Of a stretch of 51,693 nt of DNA, positions 1 through 15,000 are shown piece by piece (position 1 is the first letter of the stretch; each line of letters begins with the position of its first letter). The stretch is from Isurus oxyrinchus. Its lineage: Eukaryota. Made by a program: the position numbers and the translations under genes. The notes beneath the pieces were generated by a model. It did not search any database. It was given only the letters and a program-made list of their open reading frames with translations, and had not been told where the DNA came from. The stretch is from contig JANJGN010001723.1 of NCBI GenBank assembly GCA_026770705.1, forward strand, positions 62,001 through 113,693, written 5' to 3'.

Positions 1-3000
1 GGAGAGATGTACACAGAGAGAGAGTAAAAGGTGACAGAGAGAGAGAGAGATGTACACAGAGAGTAAAAGGTGACAGAGAGAGAGAGAGATGTACACAGAG
101 AGAGTAAACGGTGACAGAGAGAGAGAGAGATGTACACAGAGAGAGATTAAAAGGTGACAGAGAGAGAGAGAGATGTACACAGAGAGAGAGTAAAAGGTGA
201 CAGAGAGAGAGAGAGAGATGTACACAGAGAGAGTTAAAGGTGACAGAGAGAGGGCAGATGTACACAGAGAGTAAAAGGTGACAGAGAGAGGGAGAGATGT
301 ATACAGAGAGTAAAAGGTGACAGAGAGAGGGAGAGATGTACAGAGAGAGAGTAAAACGTGACAGAGAGAGGGAGAGATGTACACAGAGAGAGAGTAAAAG
401 GTGAAAGAGAGAGAGAGAGGGAGAGATGTACACAGAGAGAGTAAAAAGTGACAGAGAGGGAGAGATGTACACAGAGAGAGTAAAAGGAGACAGAGAGAGA
501 GAGATGTACAGAGAGAGAGTAAAAGTTGACAGAGAGAGGGAGAGATGTACACAGAGAGAGTTAAAGGTGACAGAGAGAGAGAGAGATGTACACAGAGAGT
601 AAAAGGTGACAGAGAGAGAGAGAGATGTGCACAGAGAGAGAGTAAAAGGTGACAGAGAGAGAGAGAGATGTACACAGAGAGTAAAAGGTGACAGAGAGAG
701 AGAGAGAGAGAGATGTACACAGAGAGCAAAAGGTGACAGAGAGAGAGAGAGAGATCTACACAGAGAGTAAAAGGTGACAGAGAGAGTGAGAGATGTACAC
801 AGAGAGTAAAAGGTGACAGAGAGAGAGAGAGAGAGAGATGTACACAGAGAGAGTAAAAGGTGACAGAGAGAGAAAGGGAGAGATGTACACAGAGAGTAAA
901 AGGTGACAGAGAGAGAGAGGGAGAGATGTACACAGAGAGTAAAAGGTGACAGAGAGAGGGAGAGATGTACACAGAGAGAGTAAAAGGTGACAGAGAGAGG
1001 GAGAGATGTACACAGATACTAAAAGTTGACAGAGAGAGGGAGAGATGTACACAGAGAGAGTAAAAGGTGACAGAGAGAGAGAGAGATGTACACAGAGAGA
1101 GAGTAAAAGGTGACAGAGGGAGAGATGTACACAGAGAGTAAAAGGTGACAGAGAGAGAGAGGGAGAGATGTACACAGAGAGTAAAAGGTGACAGAGAGAG
1201 AGAGAGAGAGATGTACACAGAGAGAGAGTAAAAGGTGTCAGAGAGAGAGAGGGAGAGATGTACACAGAGAGAGTAAAAGGTGTTAGAGAGAGAGAGGGAG
1301 AGATGTACACAGAGAGAGTAAAAGGTGACAGAGAGAGAGAGGGAGAGACGTGCAGAGAGAGTAAAAGGTGACAGAGAGACGGAGAGATGTACACAGAGAG
1401 AGAGTAAAAGGTGACAGAGAGAGAGAGGGAGAGATGTACACAGAGAGTAAAAGGTGACAGAGAGAGAGAGGGAGAGATGTACACAGAGAGAGTAAAAGGT
1501 GACAGAGTGAGAGAGGGAGAGATGTACACAGAGAGAGAGTAAAAGGTGACAGAGAGAGAGAGGGAGAGATGTACACAGATAGAGTAAAAGGTGACAGAGA
1601 GAGAGAGGGAGAGATGTACACAGAGAGTAAAAGGTGACAGAGAGAGAGAGGGAGAGATGTACACAGAGAGTAAAAGGTGACAGAGAGAGGGAGAGATTTA
1701 CACAGAGAGTAAAAGGTGACAGAGAGAGAGAGAGATGTACACAGAGAGAGTTAAAGTTGACAGAGAGGGAGAGATGTACACAGAGAGAGTAAAAGGAGAC
1801 AGAGAGAGAGAGATGTACAGAGAGAGAGTAAAAGTTGACAGAGAGAGGGAGAGATGTACACAGAGAGAGTTAAAGGTGACAGAGAGAGAGAGAGATGTAC
1901 ACAGAGAGTAAAAGGTGACAGAGAGAGAGAGAGATGTGCACAGAGAGAGAGTAAAAGGTGACAGAGAGAGAGAGAGATGTACACAGAGAGTAAAAGGTGA
2001 CAGAGAGAGAGAGAGAGAGAGATGTACACAGAGAGCAAAAGGTGACAGAGAGAGAGAGAGAGATCTACACAGAGAGTAAAAGGTGACAGAGAGAGTGAGA
2101 GATGTACACAGAGAGTAAAAGGTGACAGAGAGAGAGAGAGAGAGAGATGTACACAGAGAGAGTAAAAGGTGACAGAGAGAGAAAGGGAGAGATGTACACA
2201 GAGAGTAAAAGGTGACAGAGAGAGGGAGAGATGTACACAGAGAGTAAAAGGTGACAGAGAGAGAGAGAGATGTACACAGAGAGAGTAAAAGGTGACAGAG
2301 AGTGAGAGATGTACACAGAGAGAGTAAAAGTTGACAGAGAGGGAGAGATGTACACAGAGAGAGTAAAAGGTGACAGAGAGAGAGAGAGATGTACACAGAG
2401 AGAGAGTAAAAGGTGACAGAGAGAGAGAGAGATGTACACAGAGAGAGTAAAAGGTGACAGAGAGAGAGAGAGATGTACACAGAGAGAGAGTTAAAGGTGA
2501 CAGAGAGAGGGAGAGATGTACACAGAGAGTAAAAGGAGACAGAGAGAGAGAGGGAGAGATGTACAGAGAGAGAGTAAAAGGTGAAAGAGAGAGAGAGAGG
2601 GAGAGATGTACAGAGAGAGAGTAAAAGGTGACAGAGAGAGAGAGAGAGATGTACAGAGAGAGAGTAAAAGGTGAAAGAGAGAGGGAGAGATGTACACAGA
2701 GATAGTAAAAGGTGACAGAGAGAGGGAGAGATGTACAGAGAGAGAGTAAAAGGTGACAGAGAGAGAGGGAGAGATATACACAGAGAGTAAAAGGTGACAG
2801 AGAGAGGGAGAGATGTAAACAGAGAATAAAAGGTGACAGAGAGAGAGAGAGATGTACAGAGAGAGAGTAAAAGGTGACAGAGAGAGAGGGAGAGATGTAC
2901 ACAGAGAGTAAAAGGTGACAGAGAGAGGGAGAGATGTACACAGAGAGAGTAAAAGGTGACAGAGAGAGAGAGGGAGAGATGTACACAGAGAGTAAAAGGT

Positions 3001-6000
3001 GACAGAGAGAGAGAGAGAGAGATGTACACAGAGAGAGAGTAAAAGGTGTCAGAGAGAGAGAGGGAGAGATGTACACAGAGAGAGTAAAAGGTGTTAGAGA
3101 GAGAGAGGGAGAGATGTACACAGAGAGAGTAAAAGGTGACAGAGAGAGAGAGGGAGAGACGTGCAGAGAGAGTAAAAGGTGACAGAGAGACGGAGAGATG
3201 TACACAGAGAGAGAGTAAAAGGTGACAGAGAGAGAGAGGGAGAGATGTACACAGAGAGTAAAAGGTGACAGAGAGAGAGAGGGAGAGATGTACACAGAGA
3301 GAGTAAAAGGTGACAGAGAGAGAGAGGGAGAGATGTACACAGAGAGAGAGTAAAAGGTGACAGAGAGAGAGAGGGAGAGATGTACACAGATAGAGTAAAA
3401 GGTGACAGAGAGAGAGAGGGAGAGATGTACACAGAGAGTAAAAGGTGACAGAGAGAGAGAGGGAGAGATGTACACAGAGAGTAAAAGGTGACAGAGAGAG
3501 GGAGAGATTTACACAGAGAGTAAAAGGTGACAGAGAGAGAGAGAGATGTACACAGAGAGAGTTAAAGTTGACAGAGAGGGAGAGATGTACACAGAGAGAG
3601 TAAAAGGAGACAGAGAGAGAGAGATGTACAGAGAGAGAGTAAAAGTTGACAGAGAGAGGGAGAGATGTACACAGAGAGAGTTAAAGGTGACAGAGAGAGA
3701 GAGAGATGTACACAGAGAGTAAAAGGTGACAGAGAGAGAGAGATGTGCACAGAGAGAGAGTAAAAGGTGACAGAGAGAGAGAGAGATGTACACAGAGAGT
3801 AAAAGGTGACAGAGAGAGAGAGAGAGAGAGATGTACACAGAGAGCAAAAGGTGACAGAGAGAGAGAGAGAGATCTACACAGAGAGTAAAAGGTGACAGAG
3901 AGAGTGAGAGATGTACACAGAGAGTAAAAGGTGACAGAGAGAGAGAGAGAGAGAGATGTACACAGAGAGAGTAAAAGGTGACAGAGAGAGAAAGGGAGAG
4001 ATGTACACAGAGAGTAAAAGGTGACAGAGAGAGAGAGGGAGAGATGTACACAGAGAGTAAAAGGTGACAGAGAGAGGGAGAGATGTACACAGAGAGTAAA
4101 AGGTGACAGAGAGAGAGAGAGATGTACACAGAGAGAGTAAAAGGTGACAGAGAGTGAGAGATGTACACAGAGAGAGTAAAAGTTGACAGAGAGGGAGAGA
4201 TGTACACAGAGAGAGTAAAAGGTGACAGAGAGAGAGAGAGATGTACACAGAGAGAGAGTAAAAGGTGACAGAGAGAGAGAGAGATGTACACAGAGAGAGT
4301 AAAAGGTGACAGAGAGAGAGAGAGATGTACACAGAGAGAGAGTTAAAGGTGACAGAGAGAGGGAGAGATGTACACAGAGAGTAAAAGGAGACAGAGAGAG
4401 AGAGGGAGAGATGTACAGAGAGAGAGTAAAAGGTGAAAGAGAGAGAGAGAGGGAGAGATGTACAGAGAGAGAGTAAAAGGTGACAGAGAGAGAGAGAGAG
4501 ATGTACAGAGAGAGAGTAAAAGGTGAAAGAGAGAGGGAGAGATGTACACAGAGATAGTAAAAGGTGACAGAGAGAGGGAGAGATGTACAGAGAGAGAGTA
4601 AAAGGTGACAGAGAGAGAGGGAGAGATATACACAGAGAGTAAAAGGTGACAGAGAGAGGGAGAGATGTAAACAGAGAATAAAAGGTGACAGAGAGAGAGA
4701 GAGATGTACAGAGAGAGAGTAAAAGGTGACAGAGAGAGAGGGAGAGATGTACACAGAGAGTAAAAGGTGACAGAGAGAGGGAGAGATGTACACAGAGAGA
4801 GTAAAAGGTGACAGAGAGAGGGAGAGATGTACACAGAGAGAGTAAAAGGTGACAGAGAGAGAGAGAGAGATGTACACAGAGAGAGAGTAAAAGGTGACAG
4901 AGGGAGAGATGTACACAGAGAGTAAAAGGTGACAGAGAGAGAGAGGGAGAGATGTACACAGAGAGTAAAAAGTGACAGAGAGAGAGAGAGAGAGATGTAC
5001 ACAGAGAGAGAGTAAAAGGTGACAGAGAGAGAGAGGGAGAGACGTACACAGAGAGAGTAAACGGTGACAGAGAGAGAGAGGGAGAGATGTACACAGAGAG
5101 AGTAAAAGGTGACAGAGAGAGAGAGGGAGAGACGTGCAGAGAGAGTAAAAGGTGACAGAGAGAGGGAGAGATGTACACAGAGAGAGAGTAAAAGGTGACA
5201 GAGAGAGAGAGGGAGAGATGTACACAGAGAGTAAAAGGTGACAGAGAGAGAGAGGGAGAGATGTACACAGAGAGAGTAAAAGGTGACAGAGAGAGAGAGG
5301 GAGAGATGTACACAGAGAGAGAGTAAAAGGTGACAGAGAAAGAGAGGGAGAGATGTACACAGAGAGAGAGTAAAAGGTGACAGAGAGAGGGAGAGATGTA
5401 CACAGATAGAGTAAAAGGTGACAGAGAGAGAGAGGGAGAGATGTACACAGAGAGTAAAAGGTGACAGAGAGAGAGAGGGAGAGATGTACACAGAGAGTAA
5501 AAGGTGACAGAGAGAGGGAGAGATGTACACAGAGAGTAAAAGGTGACAGAGAGAGAGAGAGATGTACACAGAGAGAGTAAAAGGTGACAGAGAGGGAGAG
5601 ATGTACACAGAGAGAGTAAAAGGTGACAGAGTGGGAGAGATGTACACAGAGAGAGTAAAAGGTGACAGAGAGAGAGAGAGATGTACACAGAGAGAGAGTA
5701 AAAGGTGACAGAGGGAGAGATGTACACAGAGAGTAAAAGGTGACAGAGAGAGGGAGAGATGTACACAGAGAGAGAGTAAAAGGTGACAGAGAGAGAGAGA
5801 GATGTACACAGAGAGAGTAAAAGGTGACAGAGAGAGAGAGAGATGTACACAGAGAGAGAGTAAAAGGTGACAGAGAGAGAGAGAGATGTACACAGAGAGA
5901 GTTAAAGGTGACAGAGAGAGGGCAGATGTACACAGAGAGTAAAAGGTGACAGAGAGAGGGAGAGATGTATACAGAGAGTAAAAGGTGACCGAGAGAGGGA

Positions 6001-9000
6001 GAGATGTACACAGAGAGAGAGTAAAAGGTGACAGAGAGAGAGAGAGATGTACACAGAGAGAGTAAAAGGTGACAGAGAGAGAGAGAGATGTACACAGAGA
6101 GAGAGTAAAAGGTGACAGAGAGAGAGAGAGATGTACACAGAGAGAGTTAAAGGTGACAGAGAGAGGGCAGATGTACACAGAGAGTAAAAGGTGACAGAGA
6201 GAGGGAGAGATGTATACAGAGAGTAAAAGGTGACAGAGAGAGGGAGAGATGTACAGAGAGAGAGTAAAAGGTGAAGAGAGAGGGAGAGATGTACACAGAG
6301 AGAGAGTAAAAGGTGAAAGAGAGAGAGAGAGGGAGAGATGTACACAGAGAGAGTAAAAAGTGACAGAGAGAGAGAGAGATGTACTGAGAGAGAGTAAAAG
6401 GTGACAGAGAGAGAGAGAGATGTACAGAGAGAGAGTAAAAGGTGACAGAGAGAGAGAGAGATGTACAGAGAGAGAGTAATAGGTGAAAGAGAGAGGGAGA
6501 GATGTACACAGAGAGAGTAAAAGGTGACAGAGAGAGGGAGAGATGTACAGAGAGAGAGTAAAAGGTGACAGGGAGAGGGAGAGATGTACAGAGAGAGAGT
6601 AAAAGGTGACAGAGAGAGAGAGAGAGATATACACAGAGAGTAAAAGGTGACAGAGAGAGGGAGAGATGTACACAGAGAGTAAAAGGTGACAGAGAGAGAG
6701 AGTGATGTACAGAGAGAGAGTAAAAGGTGACAGAGAGAGAGGGAGAGATGTACACAGAGGGAGTAAAAGGTGACAGAGAGAGAGAGAGATGTACAGAGAG
6801 AGAGTAAAAGGTGACAGAGAGAGAGGGAGAGATGTACACAGAGAGAGTAAAAGGTGACAGAGAGAGAGGGAGAGATGTACACAGAGAGAGAGTAAAAGGT
6901 GAGCGAGAGAGAGAGGGAGAGATGTACACAGAGAGAGTAAAAGGTGACAGAGAGAGGGAGAGATGTATACAGAGAGTAAAAGTTGACAGAGAGGGGGAGA
7001 GATGTACACAGAGAGAGTTAAAGGTGACAGAGTGGGAGAGAATGTACACAGAGAGTAAAAGGTGACAGAGAGAGAGAGAGATGTACACAGACAGAGAGTA
7101 AAAGGTGACAGAGGGAGAGATGTACACAGAGAGTAAAAGGTGACAGAGAGAGAGAGAGAGATGTACACAGAGAGAGAGTAAAAGTTGACAGAGAGAGAGA
7201 GGGAGAGATGTACACAGAGAGAGTAAAAGGTGACAGAGAGAGAGAGAGGGAGAGATGTACAGAGAGAGTAATAGGTGACAGAGAGAGGGAGGGAGAGATG
7301 TACACAGAGAGAGATTAAAAGGTGACAGAGAGAGAGAGAGATGTACACAGAGAGTAAAAGGTGACAGAGAGAGAGAGAGAGAGAGATGTACAGAGAGAGA
7401 GATTAAAAGTTGACAGAGAGAGAGAGAGAGAGATGTACACAGAGAGAGTAAAATGTGACAGAGAGAGAGAGAGATGTACACAGAGAGAGAGTAAAAGGTG
7501 ACAGAGAGAGAGAGAGATGTACACAGAGAGAGTGAAAGGTGACAGAGAGAGGGAGAGATGTACACAGAGAGTAAAAGGTGACAGAGAGAGAGAGGGAGAG
7601 ATGTACAGAGAGAGTAAAAGGTGAAAGAGAGAGAGAGAGGGAGAGATGTACAGAGAGAGTAAAAGGTGACAGAGAGAGAGAGAGATGTACAGAGAGAGTG
7701 TAAAAGGTGAAAGAGAGAGAGAGAGGGAGAGATGTACAGAGAGAGTAAAAGGTGACAGAGAGAGAGAGAGATGTACACAGAGAGAGTTAAAGGTGACAGA
7801 GAGAGGGAGAGATGTACACAGAGAGTAAAAGGTGACAGAGAGAGGGAGAGATGTACAGAGAGAGAGTAAAATGTGACAGAGAGAGAGAGATGTACACAGA
7901 GAGAGAGTAAATGGTGACAGAGAGAGGGAGAGATGTACACAGAGAGAGTAAAAGGTGACAGAGAGAGGGAGAGATGTACAGAGAGAGAGTAAAAGGTGAC
8001 AGAGAGAGAGAGAGAGATATACACGGAGAGTAAAAGGTGACAGAGAGAGGGAGAGATGTACACAGAGAGTAAAAGGTGACAGAGAGAGAGAGAGATGTAC
8101 AGAGAGAGAGTAAAAGGTGACAGAGAGAGAGAGGGAGAGATGTGCACAGAGAGTAAAAGGTGACAGAGAGAGACAGGGAGAGATGTACACAGAGAGAGTA
8201 AAAGGTGACAGAGAGAGAGAGAGGGAGAGATGTACAGAGAGAGAGTAAAAGGTGACAGAGAGAGAGGGGGAGATGTACACAGAGAGAGTAAAAGGTGACA
8301 GAGAGAGAGAGAGATGTACAGAGAGAGAGAAAAAGGTGACCGAGAGAGAGTGAGAGATGTACACAGAGAGAGTAAAAGGTGACAGAGTGAGAGGGAGAGA
8401 TGTACACAGAGAGAGAGTAAAAGGTGACAGAGAGAGAGAGAGATGTACACAGAGAGTAAAAGTTGACAGAGAGATGGAGAGATGTACACAGAGAGAGTTA
8501 AAGTTGACAGAGAGAGAGAGAGATGTACAGAGAGAGAGTAAAAGGTGACAGAGTGAGAGGGAGAGATGTACACAGAGAGAGTAAAAGGTGACAGAGTGAG
8601 AGGGAGAGATGTACACAGAGAGAGTAAAATGTGACAGAGAGAGGGAGAGATGTACACAGAGATTAAAAGTTGACAGAGAGGGAGAGATGTACACAGAGAG
8701 AGTTAAGGGTGACAGAGAGAGAGAGAGATGTACACAGAGAGTAAAAGGTGACAGAGAGAGAGAGAGATGTGCACAGAGAGAGAGTAAAAGGTGACAGAGA
8801 GAGAGAGGGATGTACACAGAGAGAGAGTAAAAGGTGACAGAGGGAGAGATGTACACAGAGAGTAAAAGGTGACAGAGAGAGAGAGAGAGAGATGTACACA
8901 GAGAGTTAAAGGTGACAGAGAGAGAGAGAGATGTACACAGAGAGAGAGTAAAAGGTGACAGAGAGAGAGAGGGAGAGATGTACACAGAGAGAGTAAAAGG

Positions 9001-12000
9001 TGGCAGAGAGAGAGAGAGAGAGATGTACACAGAGAGAGTAAAAGGTGACAGAGAGAGAGAGGGATGTACACAGAGAGAGAGTAAAAGGTGACAGAGGGAG
9101 AGATGTACACAGAGAGTAAAAGGTGACAGAGAGAGAGAGAGATGTACACAGAGAGTTAAAGGTGACAGAGAGAGAGAGAGATGTACACAGAGAGAGAGTA
9201 AAAGGTGACAGAGAGAGAGAGGGAGAGATGTACACAGAGAGAGAGTAAAAGGTGACAGAGAGAGGGAGAGATGTACACAGAGAGAGAGTAAAAGGTGACA
9301 GAGAGAGGGAGAGATGTACACAGAGAGTAAAAGGTGACAGAGAGAGAGAGGGAGAGATGTACAGAGTGAGAGTAAATGGTGACAGAGAGAGGGAGAGATG
9401 TACACAGAGAGAGAGTAAAAGGTGACAGAGAGAGAGAGGGAGAGATGTACACAGAGAGAGTAAAAGGTGACAGAGAGAGTGAGGGAGAGATGTACACAGA
9501 GAGAGAGTAAAAGGTGACAGAGAGAGAGAGGGAGAGATGTACACAGAGAGAGAGTAAAAGGTGACAGAGAGAAGGAGAGATGTACACAGAGAGTAAAAGG
9601 TGACAGAGAGAGAGAGGGAGAGATGTACACAGAGAGAGTAAAAGGTGACAGAGAGAGGGAGAGATGTACACAGAGAGAGTAAAAGGTGACAGAGAGAGTG
9701 AGGGAGAGATGTACACAGAGAGAGTAAAAGGTGACAGAGAGAGAGAGGGAGAGATGTACACAGAGAGAGAGTAAAAGGTGACAGAGAGAAGGAGAGATGT
9801 ACACAGAGAGTAAAAGGTGACAGAGAGAGAGAGGGAGAGATGTACACAGAGAGTAAAAGGTGACAGAGAGAGGGAGAGATGTACACAGAGAGTGAAAGGT
9901 GACAGAGAGAGGGAGGGAGAGATGTACACAGAGAGAGAGTAAAAGGTGTCAGAGAGAGGGAGAGATGTACACAGAGAGTAAAAGGTGACAGAGAGAGAGG
10001 GAGAGATGTACACAGAGAGAGTAAAAGGTGACAGAGAGAGAGAAAGATGTACACAGAGAGAGTAAAAGGTGACAGAGAGAGAGATGGAGAGATGTACAGA
10101 GAGAGAGTAAAAGGTGACAGAGAGAGAGAGAGATGTACACAGAGAGAGAGTAAAAGGTGACAGAGAGAGAGAGAGATGTACACAGAGAGAGTTAAAGGTG
10201 ACAGAGAGAGGGCAGATGTACACAGAGAGTAAAAGGTGACAGATAGAGAGAGGGAGAGATGTACACAGAGAGTAAAAGGTGACAGAGAGAGGGAGAGATG
10301 TACACAGAGAGTAAAAGGTGACAGAGAGAGGGAGAGATGTACAGAGAGAGAGTAAAAGGTGAAGAGAGAGGGAGAGATGTACACAGAGAGAGAGTAAAAG
10401 GTGAAAGAGAGAGAGAGTGGGAGAGATGTACACAGAGAGAGTAAAAAGTGACAGAGAGAGAGAGAGATGTACAGAGAGAGAGTAAAAGGTGACAGAGAGA
10501 GAGAGAGATGTACAGAGAGAGAGTAATAGGTGAAAGAGAGAGGGAGAGATGTACACAGAGAGAGTAAAAGGTGACAGAGAGAGGGAGAGATGTACAGAGA
10601 GAGAGTAAAAGGTGACAGAGAGAGGGAGAGATGTACAGAGAGAGAGTAAAAGGTGACAGAGAGAGAGAGAGAGATATACACAGAGAGTAAAAGGTGACAG
10701 AGAGAGGGAGAGATGTACACAGAGAGTAAAAGGTGACAGAGAGAGAGAGTGATGTACAGAGAGAGAGTAAAAGGTGACAGAGAGAGAGGGAGAGATGTAC
10801 ACAGAGGGAGTAAAAGGTGACAGAGAGAGAGAGAGATGTACAGAGAGAGAGTAAAAGGTGACAGAGAGAGAGGGAGAGATGTACACAGAGAGAGTAAAAG
10901 GTGACAGAGAGAGAGGGAGAGATGTACACAGAGAGAGAGTAAAAGGTGAGCGAGAGAGAGAGGGAGGGATGTACACAGAGAGAGTAAAAGATGACAGAGA
11001 GAGGGAGAGATGTACACAGAGAGTAAAAGTTGACAGAGAGGGGGAGAGATGTACACAGAGAGAGTTAAAGGTGACAGAGTGAGAGAGAGATGTTCACAGA
11101 GAGTAAAAGGTGGCAGAGAGAGAGAGAGATGTACACAGACAGAGAGTAAAAGGTGACAGAGGGAGAGATGTACACAGAGAGTAAAAGGTGACAGAGAGAG
11201 AGAGAGATGTACACAGAGAGAGAGTAAAAGTTGACAGAGAGAGAGAGGGAGAGATGTACACAGAGAGAGTAAAAGGTGACAGAGAGAGGGAGAGATGTAC
11301 ACAGAGAGAGTAAAAGGTGACAGAGAGAGAGAGAGGGAGAGATGTACAGAGAGAGTAAAAGGTGACAGAGAGAGGGAGGGAGAGATGTACACAGAGAGAG
11401 ATTAAAAGGTGACAGAGAGAGAGAGAGATGTACACAGAGATTAAAAGGTGACAGAGAGAGAGAGAGAGATGTACAGAGAGAGAGATTAAAAGTTGACAGA
11501 GAGAGAGAGAGAGAGATGTACACAGAGAGAGTAAAATGTGACAGAGAGAGAGAGAGATGTACACAGAGAGAGAGTAAAAGGTGACAGAGAGAGAGAGAGA
11601 TGTACACAGAGAGACTGAAAGGTGACAGAGAGAGGGAGAGATGTACACAGAGAGTAAAAGGTGACAGAGAGAGAGAGGGAGAGATGTACAGAGAGAGTAA
11701 AAGGTGAAAGAGAGAGAGAGAGGGAGAGATGTACAGAGAGAGTAAAAGGTGACAGAGAGAGAGAGAGAGATGTACACAGAGAGAGTTAAAGGTGACAGAG
11801 AGAGGGAGAGATGTACACAGAGAGTAAAAGGTGACAGAGAGAGGGAGAGATGTACAGAGAGAGAGTAAAATGCGACAGAGAGAGAGAGATGTACACAGAG
11901 AGAGAGTAAATGGTGACAGAGAGAGGGAGAGATGTACACAGAGAGAGTAAAAGGTGACAGAGTGAGGGAGAGATGTACAGAGAGAGAGTAAAAGGTGACA

Positions 12001-15000
12001 GAGAGAGAGAGAGAGATATACACGGAGAGTAAAAGGTGACAGAGAGAGGGAGAGATGTACACAGAGAGTAAAAGGTGACAGAGAGAGAGAGAGATGTACA
12101 GAGAGAGAGTAAAAGGTGACAGAGAGAGAGAGGGAGAGATGTACACAGAGAGTAAAAGGTGACAGAGAGAGACAGGGAGAGATGTACACAGAGAGAGTAA
12201 AAGGTGACAGAGAGAGGGAGAGATGTACACAGAGAGAGTAAAAGGTGACAGAGAGAGAGAGAGGGAGAGATGTACAGAGAGAGAGTAAAAGGTGACAGAG
12301 AGAGAGGGGGAGATGTACACAGAGAGAGTAAAAGGTGACAGAGAGAGAGAGAGATGTACAGAGAGAGAGTAAAAGGTGACCGAGAGAGAGTGAGAGATGT
12401 ACACAGAGAGAGTAAAAGGTGACAGAGTGAGAGGGAGAGATGTACACAGAGAGAGAGTAAAAGGTGACAGAGAGAGAGAGAGAGATGTACACAGAGAGTA
12501 AAAGTTGACAGAGAGAGGGAGAGATGTACAGAGAGAGAGTAAAAGGTGACAGAGAGAGAGAAGGAGAGATGTACACAGAGAGAGTAAAAGGTGACAGAGA
12601 GAGAGAGAGATGTACAGAGAGAGAGTAAAAGGTGACAGAGTGAGAGGGAGAGATGTACACAGAGAGAGTAAAAGGTGACAGAGTGAGAGGGAGAGATGTA
12701 CACAGAGAGAGTAAAAGGTGACAGAGAGAGAGAGAGGGAGAGATGTACACAGAGAGTAAAAGGTGACAGAGAGAGGGAGGGAGAGATGTACACAGAGAGA
12801 GATTAAAAGGTGACAGAGAGAGAGAGAGATGTACACAGAGAGTAAAAGGTGACAGAGAGAGAGAGAGAGAGAGATGTACAGAGAGAGAGATTAAAAGTTG
12901 ACAGAGAGAGAGAGAGAGATGTACACAGAGAGAGTAAAATGTGACAGAGAGAGAGAGAGATGTACACAGAGAGAGAGTAAAAGGTGACAGAGAGAGAGAG
13001 AGATGTACACAGAGAGAGTGAAAGTTGACAGAGAGAGGGAGAGATGTACACAGAGAGTAAAAGGTGACAGAGAGAGAGAGGGAGAGATGTACAGAGAGAG
13101 TAAAAGGTGAAAGAGAGAGAGAGAGGGAGAGATGTACAGAGAGAGTAAAAGGTGACAGAGAGAGAGAGAGATGTACAGAGAGAGAGTAAAAGGTGAAAGA
13201 GAGAGAGAGATGTACACAGAGAGAGTAAAAGGTGACAGAGAGAGGGAGAGATGTACACAGAGAGTAAAAGTTGACAGAGAGGGGGAGAGATGTACACAGA
13301 GAGAGTAAAAGGTGACAGAGAGAGGGAGAGATGTACACAGAGAGTAAAAGGTGACAGAGAGAGAGAGAGATGTACACAGACAGAGAGTAAAAGGTGACAG
13401 AGGGAGAGATGTGCACAGAGAGTAAAAGGTGACAGAGAGAGAGAGAGATGTACACAGAGAGAGAGTAAAAGTTGACAGAGAGAGAGAGGGAGAGATGTAC
13501 ACAGAGAGAGTAAAAGGTGGCAGAGAGAGGGAGAGATGTACACAGAGAGAGTAAAAGGTGACAGAGAGAGAGAGAGGGAGAGATGTACAGAGAGAGTAAA
13601 AGGTGACAGAGAGAGGGAGGGAGAGATGTACACAGAGAGAGATTAAAAGGTGACAGAGAGAGAGAGAGATGTACACAGAGATTAAAAGGTGACAGAGAGA
13701 GAGAGAGAGAGAGATGTACAGAGAGAGAGATTAAAAGTTGACAGAGAGAGAGAGAGAGAGATGTACACAGAGAGAGTAAAATGTGACAGAGAGAGAGAGA
13801 GATGTACACAGAGAGAGAGTAAAAGGTGACAGAGAGAGAGAGAGATGTACACAGAGAGACTGAAAGGTGACAGAGAGAGGGAGAGATGTACACAGAGAGT
13901 AAAAGGTGACAGAGAGAGAGAGGGAGAGATGTACAGAGAGAGTAAAAGGTGAAAGAGAGAGAGAGAGGGAGAGATGTACAGAGAGAGTAAAAGGTGACAG
14001 AGAGAGAGAGAGAGATGTACACAGAGAGAGTTAAAGGTGACAGAGAGAGGGAGAGATGTACACAGAGAGTAAAAGGTGACAGAGAGAGGGAGAGATGTAC
14101 AGAGAGAGAGTAAAATGCGACAGAGAGAGAGAGATGTACACAGAGAGAGAGTAAATGGTGACAGAGAGAGGGAGAGATGTACACAGAGAGAGTAAAAGGT
14201 GACAGAGTGAGGGAGAGATGTACAGAGAGAGAGTAAAAGGTGACAGAGAGAGAGAGAGAGATATACACGGAGAGTAAAAGGTGACAGAGAGAGGGAGAGA
14301 TGTACACAGAGAGTAAAAGGTGACAGAGAGAGAGAGAGATGTACAGAGAGAGAGTAAAAGGTGACAGAGAGAGAGAGGGAGAGATGTACACAGAGAGTAA
14401 AAGGTGACAGAGAGAGACAGGGAGAGATGTACACAGAGAGAGTAAAAGGTGACAGAGAGAGGGAGAGATGTACACAGAGAGAGTAAAAGGTGACAGAGAG
14501 AGAGAGAGGGAGAGATGTACAGAGAGAGAGTAAAAGGTGACAGAGAGAGAGGGGGAGATGTACACAGAGAGAGTAAAAGGTGACAGAGAGAGAGAGAGAT
14601 GTACAGAGAGAGAGTAAAAGGTGACCGAGAGAGAGTGAGAGATGTACACAGAGAGAGTAAAAGGTGACAGAGTGAGAGGGAGAGATGTACACAGAGAGAG
14701 AGTAAAAGGTGACAGAGAGAGAGAGAGAGATGTACACAGAGAGTAAAAGTTGACAGAGAGAGGGAGAGATGTACAGAGAGAGAGTAAAAGGTGACAGAGA
14801 GAGAGAAGGAGAGATGTACACAGAGAGAGTAAAAGGTGACAGAGAGAGAGAGAGATGTACAGAGAGAGAGTAAAAGGTGACAGAGTGAGAGGGAGAGATG
14901 TACACAGAGAGAGTAAAAGGTGACAGAGTGAGAGGGAGAGATGTACACAGAGAGAGTAAAAGGTGACAGAGAGAGAGAGAGGGAGAGATGTACACAGAGA